Shown here in pieces: positions 1-8,004 of a stretch of DNA of 64,000 nt. Origin of the DNA: Bdellovibrionales bacterium (lineage in GTDB: Bacteria > Bdellovibrionota > Bdellovibrionia > Bdellovibrionales > UBA1609); contig OZ250145.1 of assembly GCA_965237565.1 (NCBI GenBank), positions 955,529 to 1,019,528 of the forward strand. Reading direction: 5' to 3'. The notes under the pieces were generated by a model. It was given only the letters and a program-made list of their open reading frames with translations. It was not told the DNA's origin and searched no databases. Position 1 is the first letter of the stretch, and the number at the start of each line of letters is the position of its first letter. The position numbers were made by a program, and so were the translations under genes.

Positions 1-2030
1 GTTTTTCAGAGAGATATCGAAGGGGTGAGACCTCCCATACCATTCATGTTTGGTGGGCGAGAAGACCTCATGTAGCAATGCGATTATTGATCTATGCCAC
101 TGTTTGCAAAAACACTTCAAAAAAAAATGTAGAAGTGATGAATCAGCTTTCTGTGTTGAATGGGAATGAAAAACTTTTAGAAAAAGCGAGACAATTTGTA
201 AAAGAAGGGTACGCTCGCACTCCGAAGATTTTGGATATGTTTGGAGGTGGAGGTACCATTTCCTATGAAGCTTTGAACCTTGGTTTGGATAGTTATTCGA
301 TCGACTCTAACGAACTTTCCGTTTTTATACAAAAAGCCCATCTGCAATATCGAAATGACATGAAAGAAGAGGATTTCATTGCCATTTTAAAAAAATCGGG
401 AGAGAGAGTTTTGAATCATTTGAAAAAACTTACGGCACCTATTTTTCCCAGCAGAAATCAAAAAAATGGCAAACAAACAACAAATTATCTTTGGGCATAC
501 TCTTATCCTTGCAAGCATTGTGGTGGGCAATTTTCTTTGAGCAAAAGATTTTGGCTTTCAAAAAAGAAAGAGCGACAGGCTTTTATTGATATTGGGGAAA
601 CTTTGGCAGGTCCTATATTTCATATAAAAAAAGGAAAAACAGCAAAGAATCAAACAAATTGGTTAAAAAAATCCAATGTGCTTCAGTGTCCTCATTGCCA
701 AAACAAAGTAAGCAATATTTCAGTGAAAAAGGCTAAAGAAATCTTGGTTGTTGAAGTGGTGAAGGAAAAAATTGGAAAAAGCTTTCAAAAAGGAAGGCAG
801 TTGGATCCAGAGATAATGAAAAAAATAAAACGTTTGGAAGACCTGTCATTGAAAGCCTTACAATCTCATCTTCCCAAATCAGACTTGCCGAAATGGTCTG
901 GGATCGTCAATCCTGCTTTATATGGCATCGAAAAACATGCAGATATTTTTCATCCAAGACAGAGGGTGACCTGCCTAGCATTATTAAAAGTACTGAAAGA
1001 TGAATACGATTATATTAGCCAAGAGGAAGGAACATCGACTGCAAAATATATCATCTCTTTGTTATCCGGCTTGGTGGATCAGGTTGTTGATTGGAACTCT
1101 AGAATGTCCATCTGGATACCTCAAAATGAACAGGTGGGGAGGGCTTTTTGCGGACCCGGCATATCAATGTACTGGGATTTTTGTGAAACAGACCCCGTAG
1201 CTTTTGGGCCATCCAATTTGCACGCAAAATTGAAGCGAATCATCAAAGGTGCGAAAGCAATAAAAAAATTGCATAAAAAAGGATATGTAAAGCATGCATT
1301 TGCCCAAAACCTTCCTTTTAAAGATAAAATGTTTGATGCGATTGTTACGGACCCGCCTTATTATGACAATATATTTTACACAGTACTTGCAGATAATTTC
1401 TATGCTTGGAAAAGGATGCTATTAAAACACGTTGAGCCAGAGCTATTTAAAAACGAGAGTACCAATTTTGAAAATGAATTGGTCGCATCCACTCAAAGAA
1501 AAGGAAGCAAAGCTCATAAGGATTATTGTATCAATCTTGATACAGCTATCAAGGAAGCTTCAAGGGTCCTGAAAGATGACGGAACCATGTCCTTTGTTTA
1601 TTCACATCGTTCCATCTTGGGCTGGGAAGCAATGATCCAAGCATTTAGACATTCTTCACTGTTTTTTACGAGCGTTCAACCACTTTCTATTGAAAGAAGG
1701 CAAAGGCCCAGAGCCATTCGTTCAGAAGCTGTGAATACTTGCATGGCCTTCATTGCAAAAAAATCTCATCAGGCAAAACTTCCCATATCAGTGGATGCAC
1801 TCCTATCAAAATGCAATGACATAATAAAGGGAAATTTTATCCATTCACTGCAAAGATTGGGCTGGCTGGGAGAAGATATTGCAATAGGACTGATGGCTCA
1901 AGCAGTTGCTTTGGTCTCGAATGCTATACGCATAGAGAACACTGATGACAAAGAAGCCCTTCTAGAAGTCGAAAAACTCATTGCCAAAAAATTTCCAAAA
2001 TTTACACTCAGTAAAAGAAAATCACTCTAA
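1..2030 (+). CDS. DNA methyltransferase with internal Zn-ribbon (COG1743 / DUF1156 type), 5' end outside window
   Basis: Frame is open from nt 3. 'HTIHVWWARRP' (DUF1156-type signature) is encoded at nt 36-68, upstream of the first ATG at 78. 'LDMFGGGGT' is SAM motif I. 'CKHCGG' and 'CPHCQN' form a CxxC...CxxC Zn-ribbon. 'VTDPPYYDN' is catalytic motif IV (DPPY). Confidence 0.8.
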   Translation, partial: FSERYRRGETSHTIHVWWARRPHVAMRLLIYATVCKNTSKKNVEVMNQLSVLNGNEKLLEKARQFVKEGYARTPKILDMFGGGGTISYEALNLGLDSYSIDSNELSVFIQKAHLQYRNDMKEEDFIAILKKSGERVLNHLKKLTAPIFPSRNQKNGKQTTNYLWAYSYPCKHCGGQFSLSKRFWLSKKKERQAFIDIGETLAGPIFHIKKGKTAKNQTNWLKKSNVLQCPHCQNKVSNISVKKAKEILVVEVVKEKIGKSFQKGRQLDPEIMKKIKRLEDLSLKALQSHLPKSDLPKWSGIVNPALYGIEKHADIFHPRQRVTCLALLKVLKDEYDYISQEEGTSTAKYIISLLSGLVDQVVDWNSRMSIWIPQNEQVGRAFCGPGISMYWDFCETDPVAFGPSNLHAKLKRIIKGAKAIKKLHKKGYVKHAFAQNLPFKDKMFDAIVTDPPYYDNIFYTVLADNFYAWKRMLLKHVEPELFKNESTNFENELVASTQRKGSKAHKDYCINLDTAIKEASRVLKDDGTMSFVYSHRSILGWEAMIQAFRHSSLFFTSVQPLSIERRQRPRAIRSEAVNTCMAFIAKKSHQAKLPISVDALLSKCNDIIKGNFIHSLQRLGWLGEDIAIGLMAQAVALVSNAIRIENTDDKEALLEVEKLIAKKFPKFTLSKRKSL

Positions 2031-2113
2031 CAAATATTATTTGTTTCAAGGCTCATCAAGAGAGATCACATCTTCAAGTTCAATGTGCTGTCGATCTTGT
2101 ACGTTGGTGGAGG
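2014..2113. repeat. 100-bp direct repeat, copy 1 (last 17 nt of methyltransferase CDS plus 83 nt downstream, ending tggtggagg)
   Basis: Identical by eye to 3635-3734. Its terminal tggtggag equals the CCA-end 8 nt of tRNA-Ala at 6150-6157. It is followed immediately by a G10 tract. Confidence 0.85.
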
Positions 2114-2126
2114 GGGGGGGGATTAA

Positions 2127-2327
2127 TTTCTGCAAAAGAAGATTTATCTTCTTTTATGCTACTTTGCGAAATACTGTGTACGAGCTTTAAGAAAAGCAGG
2201 AAGTGGAAGTACTTTTATAACCCAAGGTGTAGAGGAGATTGTTAGTCATCCTATAGGGTCAGCTATTTTAGGAAACACAGCTATTAAATTTGTATTAATG
2301 CAAAAAGGTGATTTAGATATTTTGTAG
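2127..2327 (+). pseudogene. C-terminal fragment of a VirB4/TraG-type conjugative transfer ATPase
   Basis: A 66-codon open frame with no plausible start: '...FAKYCVRALRKAGSGSTFITQGVEEIVSHPIGSAILGNTAIKFVLMQKGDLDIL*'. It matches the conserved tail pattern (RK..G......TQ...D...S.....I..N...K..L.Q) of conjugative-transposon TraG/VirB4 ATPases. Confidence 0.4.
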
Positions 2328-2412
2328 AAGAATTTAAAACTAAATAATCAAGAAGGTTTAAATTAAACAATGTTCTTTAACAAACGATGTGTTATACAAA
2401 TATAGAGATTTT

Positions 2413-3306
2413 ATGAAAAAAATAATGAATTTAGAAAAAACTATTCAAACTAAAATTTATAATATTCGTGACATGCAGGTAATGCTGGATAGGGATTTGG
2501 CAGAATTATACGAAGTAACCACTAAAAGACTAAATGAACAAGTCAAAAGAAATATTGAAAGATTCCCTACAGATTTTATGTTTCAAATAACTGAAGAAGA
2601 ATTTAAGTCTTTAAGGTCGCAAATTGCGACCTTAAAGACTGGCCGAGGAACACATAGAAAATATTTAGCTTACGCATTTACCGAACAAGGGGTAGCAATG
2701 CTATCCTCAGTGTTGAGTAGCAAAACGGCAATAAAGGTCAATATTCAAATTATTAAAATATTTGTTAGCCTAAGAAAAGCACTTTCTTCAAATATCTTAA
2801 TACGTAATAAAGTTGATCTTTTGGAGAAAAAACAACTAAAAACAGATAAAAGAGTAGAGCATATTTTAAGGGCTATTGAAAATGAAGAAGTTCAAATAAA
2901 GTCACAAATAATTTTTAATGGAAAAATTTTTGATGCTCACGCCCTACTGAGCAAGCTGATCAAAGGAGCAAAGAAAGATATTGTATTAATTGATAACTAT
3001 GTGGACGAAAACGTTTTGATACTAATTTCTAAAAGAAGGAAAGCTTGCAAGGCTACTATCTATACAAAATCTATAAACAAGGCTTTAAAATTAGATTTAG
3101 AAAAACATAACAAACAATATCCAGAAATTAAAATCAAAGTTTCTAAAAAATTCCATGATAGGTTTTTAATTTTAGATAAAAAAGAAGTTTATCATATAGG
3201 GGCTTCCTTAAAAGATTTAGGTAAAAAAATATGTGTTATTTCTAAGTTTGAAATCTTAACTAGTGTTATATTAAAAGTACTAAAACAATTAAGTTCTACA
3301 TTATAA
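2413..3306 (+). CDS. ORF6N (KilA-N-like DNA-binding) domain protein
   Basis: 'IRDMQVMLDRDLAELYEVTTKRLNEQVKRNIERFPTDFMFQIT...GRGTHRKYLAYAFTEQGVAMLSSVL' is the typical ORF6N core. The ORF opens at GTG 2389; I prefer ATG 2413. Confidence 0.7.
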   Translation: MKKIMNLEKTIQTKIYNIRDMQVMLDRDLAELYEVTTKRLNEQVKRNIERFPTDFMFQITEEEFKSLRSQIATLKTGRGTHRKYLAYAFTEQGVAMLSSVLSSKTAIKVNIQIIKIFVSLRKALSSNILIRNKVDLLEKKQLKTDKRVEHILRAIENEEVQIKSQIIFNGKIFDAHALLSKLIKGAKKDIVLIDNYVDENVLILISKRRKACKATIYTKSINKALKLDLEKHNKQYPEIKIKVSKKFHDRFLILDKKEVYHIGASLKDLGKKICVISKFEILTSVILKVLKQLSSTL

Positions 3307-3634
3307 TATAAGCCCTAATTGGTTGCAAATTTCAGCCAGTTAAAAAGAGAAAACTTCTACTAAGAAAATAACTTTTTGGAGATTGCAAATTGTGATATCT
3401 AGACTAAAATTTAAAACAGGAAGCTAATATTCTGCCATTTAGCCTTAAGAAAGATTGCTGTGAAGGAACCTATAATCACGACCTTTTAGTCCATAAAGTA
3501 AAAAATATTATCTAACTAGCATGATGATAGGCCTCTCACTTTTAGCTCGCGACATGACATATTCATCTACAATAGGTACAAATTTCACGGACACTGAAAT
3601 TGCAGAAAAAAGACAAAAACACTCAAAAGAATAC

Positions 3635-3734
3635 AAAGAAAATCACTCTAACAAATATTATTTGTTTCAAGGCTCATCAAGAGAGATCACATCTTCAAGT
3701 TCAATGTGCTGTCGATCTTGTACGTTGGTGGAGG
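3635..3734. repeat. 100-bp direct repeat, copy 2
   Basis: Identical by eye to 2014-2113. The ORF-track entries 1981..2190 and 3521..3772 share a peptide only because both read through this repeat. Confidence 0.85.
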
Positions 3735-4004
3735 ATGGTAGATATCCCCGCCAAATTTCTTTTCCATTTTAGATCGGGTGGACACAAAAATTTATTTCTT
3801 TATTATCTTTGCTTGTGCAAATTTTTCTAAAAGAGTTGAACTTGGATGATTAGCAAGAGAAACCAGCTGATTAATAAGAGCCACAGGGACAAGAGCATTG
3901 TCATACGTATCATAACTTTAGTCTTGGAATAATGAGTCCTGTGGAATATAAAAAAAGTTAAAGATTTTTATTGAATAACTCTGAATATATAGCACAATTT
4001 ATAC

Positions 4005-4493
4005 ATGAATTTTTTAAAAGTCAAAGTCCTTATATTTTTTTTGGGTCATTTCTTATTGATTGGAGTTCTTCATGCTGAAGACAAGAAAAATTTAATTCCT
4101 TTGATCAAAAAAAATCTTCCGACAGAAATTAGAGAAGTATTTTTTGAGGCAAAAAATAAGCAAGATATTGAGTTGGCTTTGAAAAAACCAGATCTCGTAG
4201 AAGACCAAACCTATTTTTATATCATAGCAGGATTTAAATATGCACTATCAATAACATTTAATAAAAATGATATTGAAAAAATTAGATTCTATTTACCAAA
4301 AAGTGGAGATCCATATTCTGTTTTTTCAGATAGTTTGTCTAATATTCCAAAGATTATGGAAAACAAAGGAACGCATGCAGAAGGAAGAGATTTTTCCACA
4401 ACGGATGATCAATTAGGCATCAAGCTAGTTTTTAGAAATAATTCTGAGAAAAATCTCAAAACTATAACACGCACAATTCAACAGAAAAAATGA
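4005..4493 (+). CDS. Secreted hypothetical protein
   Basis: N-terminal signal peptide 'MNFLKVKVLIFFLGHFLLIGVLHA'. Its stop overlaps the next start (ATGA), so the two genes are translationally coupled. Confidence 0.55.
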   Translation: MNFLKVKVLIFFLGHFLLIGVLHAEDKKNLIPLIKKNLPTEIREVFFEAKNKQDIELALKKPDLVEDQTYFYIIAGFKYALSITFNKNDIEKIRFYLPKSGDPYSVFSDSLSNIPKIMENKGTHAEGRDFSTTDDQLGIKLVFRNNSEKNLKTITRTIQQKK

Positions 4494-5599
4494 CACAAAT
4501 ATCCGCCTTGCTTTTGCTTTTTGTTTTTTCTATGCCGCCATTTGCAAACTCAAGTAAACGTTGCGAGTCTGTGCCTGTAAAAGATTCAAATTCTTGGCTG
4601 GACGATAATATGATGGAAATTAAGGAAGTGTTAGACAAAAGCTCGGCTGATTCTACACAAAAAATGAGAAACGCTTCATGTCGAAGCATTCCTCTAACAG
4701 AGGATGAGATTAATTCTTATTTTAATTCATTCAAATCAACAAGTAATGGAAATGTAATTAGTGTAAGCGGTGTTACTTTCGAAAATGAATCAAAAAAACT
4801 TATACAAATGTTTAATGAGCTAGTTACGAAATATACTTATTGGGGGAAACCTATGGAAACAATAGATGTTCAAAAAAAATATTCAATTAATCCCAAATGT
4901 AAAAAGGTAATTTGTGCAATAAAGAAGATCTTTGGGAAAACACTTGGTCCTAAGCTACTATATATGAAAACGAGATATGGGTTTAATAGCTCTCATCTTT
5001 CATATGACGTTGCATCACCACTTAATGATAGGGAATTAGAGAGGATTTTGATTGGAATAAGAAATTTTCCTCCATCTACTTTCCCCCTTAAACACACTCG
5101 GAGTCCAAAAACTACTGGAAATAAACAACTTATTAGAATACGAGGCCCCTCTCGTAGAGGTATAATAGCTAATGCAACTATGAAATATTTTGATCCATGG
5201 GAGCAACAAAGTGATCCTTATATGGATATTGCTGTTGTTCATGAACTGGGGCATTACATATGGGCAGAAAAAAAACTATCCAGTCTAACTTGGAATGCGT
5301 TTAGTGGTTGGGTAAACAAAGGTAGCAAGTGGGAATATACTAAGAAACATACATTGACATCTGACTATGCAACAAATGGTCCTGAGGAAGACTTTGCCGA
5401 ATCTGTTGTAGAGTATAGATATGACCCAATAGCACTCAAAAAGGCAAGTCTTGAAAAATATAATTTTATTAAGAATAAAGTATTTAATGATATTGAATAT
5501 GAAGATAGGTGTCCTTATCTTGCGGAGAATGAGGCGAATGATGCGGACCAGGGTACAACCGAAGGAAAAAAATATATAATAAGGATAATTTTTCAATAA
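4490..5599 (+). CDS. Secreted zinc metallopeptidase-like protein (HEXXH, gluzincin-like)
   Basis: Signal peptide 'MTQISALLLLFVFSMPPFANS'. 'VVHELGHYIW' is an HEXXH motif. Downstream 'EEDFAESVVEY' could supply the third Zn ligand Glu. Confidence 0.6.
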   Translation: MTQISALLLLFVFSMPPFANSSKRCESVPVKDSNSWLDDNMMEIKEVLDKSSADSTQKMRNASCRSIPLTEDEINSYFNSFKSTSNGNVISVSGVTFENESKKLIQMFNELVTKYTYWGKPMETIDVQKKYSINPKCKKVICAIKKIFGKTLGPKLLYMKTRYGFNSSHLSYDVASPLNDRELERILIGIRNFPPSTFPLKHTRSPKTTGNKQLIRIRGPSRRGIIANATMKYFDPWEQQSDPYMDIAVVHELGHYIWAEKKLSSLTWNAFSGWVNKGSKWEYTKKHTLTSDYATNGPEEDFAESVVEYRYDPIALKKASLEKYNFIKNKVFNDIEYEDRCPYLAENEANDADQGTTEGKKYIIRIIFQ

Positions 5600-5664
5600 T
5601 CTCATGTTTTATCTACTTGTTTTATCGAGCCCCGAAGGCATCTTGACGAGAACTGTCATTAAAT

Positions 5665-6144
5665 CTTCCCTTTAAAGATAAAATGTTTGATGCGATTGTT
5701 ACGGACCCGCCTTATTATGACAATATATTTTACACAGTACTTGCAGATAATTTCTATGCTTGGAAAAGGATGCTATTAAAACACGTTGAGCCAGAGCTAT
5801 TTAAAAACGAGAGTACCAATTTTGAAAATGAATTGGTCGCATCCACTCAAAGAAAAGGAAGCAAAGCTCATAAGGATTATTGTATCAATCTTGATACAGC
5901 TATCAAGGAAGCTTCAAGGGTCCTGAAAGATGACGGAACCATGTCCTTTGTTTATTCACATCGTTCCATCTTGGGCTGGCTGGGAGAAGATATTGCAATA
6001 GGACTGATGGCTCAAGCAGTTGCTTTGGTCTCGAATGCTATACGCATAGAGAACACTGATGACAAAAAAGCCCTTCTAGAAGTCGAAAAACTCATTGCCA
6101 AAAAATTTCCAAAATTTACACTCAGTAAAAGAAAATCACTCTAA
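5665..6144 (+). pseudogene. Duplicated 3' fragment of the COG1743 methyltransferase gene with a 240-bp internal deletion
   Basis: Matches 1311-2030. The encoded 153 aa equal residues from 'MFDAIVTDPPYY' to the stop of the full gene, except for one E->K change and loss of 80 aa between two ttgggctgg microhomologies. The N-terminal two thirds of the gene are absent. Confidence 0.85.
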
Positions 6145-6149
6145 TAGGC

Positions 6150-6225
6150 TGGTGGAGCTGAGAGGGATCGAACCTCCGACCTCAACACTGCCAGCGTTGC
6201 GCTCTCCCAATTGAGCTACAGCCCC
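6150..6225 (-). tRNA. tRNA-Ala (anticodon GGC)
   Basis: Minus-strand read: GGGGCTGTAGCTCAATTGGGAGAGCGCAACGCTGGCAGTGTTGAGGTCGGAGGTTCGATCCCTCTCAGCTCCACCA, 76 nt. It folds as a cloverleaf with anticodon loop CTGGCAG, a G3:U70 alanine identity pair, a TTCGATC T-loop and an encoded CCA. Confidence 0.9.
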
Positions 6226-6331
6226 ATGCACAGTAATTTCTAGTCTATTCATCATAGGTCTTGCAAGCATTTAGTGAGTGTGAGGGTTACGCCATTTTCT
6301 AGTGATTTGAATGAGTAGTTTCTATGGCTTT

Positions 6332-6775
6332 TTATTCTTCTCTCGTGAGAATGTCTCCTCTCACAATTTCTATCAAAGCATTGAGAGCATCTATGGAAGT
6401 GAAGATGCCCAGTTCACCACCGGGATGGGCCACCAGAGCGCTCCCGTACTTATTTTTGGACATATGAAAAGCCACTTCAGAGATTTTTGTTTCCGGATCC
6501 ACTTGGTAAGGGTCCTTGTGCATAATGTCCCCTGCGCACAATTCATTCATATCGCCTAGGCGGTAGGCGAAATAAATATCTCTTTCACTAATGATTCCGA
6601 CAAGAGTTCCGTTTTCCTCAACAGGTACATGGCGGATGTCTTTTTTTTTCATCAGCAGTTCTAGTTTGTTTAGTTTCAGATCAGAGGATACAACCGTTGG
6701 ACAAGGAGTGGTGAATTCCTCCACTTTCAAATTTTTCACTTTTTCCCAAGTTGCATCATTAGCCATTTTGCTCAT
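6332..6775 (-). CDS. CBS-domain pair protein
   Basis: Two CBS-like units ('IRHVPVEENGTLVGIISERDI', 'GSALVAHPGGELGIFTSIDAL'). Overlaps the upstream gene by 4 nt. Confidence 0.7.
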   Translation of the reverse strand: MSKMANDATWEKVKNLKVEEFTTPCPTVVSSDLKLNKLELLMKKKDIRHVPVEENGTLVGIISERDIYFAYRLGDMNELCAGDIMHKDPYQVDPETKISEVAFHMSKNKYGSALVAHPGGELGIFTSIDALNALIEIVRGDILTREE

Positions 6776-8004
6776 TCACCCTCTTCGCTTTCATCACACT
6801 CACTGGAATTTTTGAGAATGGTGAATTCTCTACCATACCAGAAAAATCTTCCTTCGCCAGCCGGAAGTGTGCAATTCACCCTCTGCCTCAAATCATGCAC
6901 TTTCTTTACGCCAAATCCAAGAGGGGCTTTTAATTGCAGACTCACGAAGCCATCTTGAATGGAAACAATCTGTGCTCTTTTCCCCAAGGAAGAGTGACTG
7001 GGAAAGCAATTGATTCTTTTCAAAGGCAGGTTCGGATCAGTCAAAAAACCTATCTGATCAATTTTCTCCTCTATACAGACAGATTTATTTCTTGGATTTT
7101 GCTCAAAAACAGGAAGATGTCGAGAATTGAGTTTTACTTTAAACAAACTATTTATGGTGCCATATCGCTTGTTCATAGCAAATCTTGGTATCGTAAACAA
7201 ATTGGTTGAGCAACCGGCTGGTCCAGACTGAGTAGAAAAAGCAGCTGCAAAGGAAAAATCTTTTCCATCTATGTTTTCTTTCATATTTTTTAACTCATTT
7301 ACCAGCTTGGTACTCGTTTCGCCGTATGGATAAGAAAAATATTTAGGTATTTTCCCTGTGTTTTCATAAATTCTTCTCACAGATTGCAATATGTCATTGG
7401 CTCTTTCATCAGGAGTCAGGGATCTCACCAAGTATTTGTGAGTGTGAGAATGAGCTTCCAATTGCCCTAGGTCGGAGTCAGAGATCTCCTTCAATTCCTC
7501 CCAACTCATATAGGCTCTCGATCTTTCATCTATCCCCTCAGTGTTTACAAAAATTGTATAAGGATAATCGTATTTTTCAAAAACAGCTTTGCCATTTACA
7601 TAAAAAGATTTGAAGGCATCATCTATTGTGATAACAATCCACTTGTCACCGAGGGGAATATCGCCCTTGAGAGCAGATATCAATTGATTCATAGAAACAA
7701 CAGTGAATCCGTTTTTTTTAAAGAATTGGAAATGTGTTTCTAATAGTTTGGGGGAAACGCTAGTGCTGGGGTAGCGAGTTTCACCGAATCTGTGATACAT
7801 CAAAACAATAGCAGAACCATCCCTCGCTTCACACAATTGGAATTTTCTTTCGAGCTCATCTTCACTTTTGTAAGTGATCTCTCTATTTTTCAATGTTTCA
7901 GAATCTAAGAAGGAGGAAAGACTTTGGCAAGAGGGAAACAAGAAGCTAGCAAGGAGAAAAAGAAAAAATAGGGACCATTTCATAATTGCTTTAGAATTTA
8001 TCAC
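6772..8004 (-). CDS. Polysaccharide deacetylase (NodB-homology) family lipoprotein
   Basis: Signal/lipobox 'LLASFLFPSC'. 'TIDDAFKSF' (NodB motif 1-like) and 'AHSHTH' (His motif). Confidence 0.65.
   Translation of the reverse strand: MINSKAIMKWSLFFLFLLASFLFPSCQSLSSFLDSETLKNREITYKSEDELERKFQLCEARDGSAIVLMYHRFGETRYPSTSVSPKLLETHFQFFKKNGFTVVSMNQLISALKGDIPLGDKWIVITIDDAFKSFYVNGKAVFEKYDYPYTIFVNTEGIDERSRAYMSWEELKEISDSDLGQLEAHSHTHKYLVRSLTPDERANDILQSVRRIYENTGKIPKYFSYPYGETSTKLVNELKNMKENIDGKDFSFAAAFSTQSGPAGCSTNLFTIPRFAMNKRYGTINSLFKVKLNSRHLPVFEQNPRNKSVCIEEKIDQIGFLTDPNLPLKRINCFPSHSSLGKRAQIVSIQDGFVSLQLKAPLGFGVKKVHDLRQRVNCTLPAGEGRFFWYGREFTILKNSSECDESEEGE

Larger units (their letters stand above)
2031..5664. 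mobile_element. Degenerate integrated islet (remnant of a conjugative/integrative element) next to tRNA-Ala
   Basis: Bracketed by direct copies of the methyltransferase 3' end. Contains a VirB4/TraG-like ATPase fragment and an ORF6N gene in visibly AT-richer DNA. No integrase is present in the window. Confidence 0.4.

Noticed and set aside
1981-3772. ORFs 1981..2190 and 3521..3772 share the peptide 'ENHSNKYYLFQGSSREITSSSSMCCRSCTLVE', which could suggest a duplicated small gene.
   Set aside because: The shared peptide is just the translation of the 100-bp DNA repeat, which includes the methyltransferase stop region. The flanks differ and there is no coding signature.
3826-3950. Minus-strand micro-ORFs in the islet. 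One is a 29-aa hydrophobic peptide (MIRMTMLLSLWLLLISWFLLLIIQVQLF) that looks like a type I toxin. The other is an overlapping start-less 41-codon frame ('...NALVPVALINQLVSLANHPSSTLLEKFAQAKIIKK*').
   Set aside because: Both are too short to support from sequence alone. The two frames overlap each other, and I saw no recognisable antisense RNA or promoter. It remains worth a look only if transcriptomics is available.
6150-6157. The 8-nt 'tggtggag' shared by the tRNA 3' end and both 100-bp repeats, treated as a definite att core.
   Set aside because: Eight nucleotides can match by chance, and the match does not extend. It is kept only as a supporting observation in the islet finding, not as an annotated att site.
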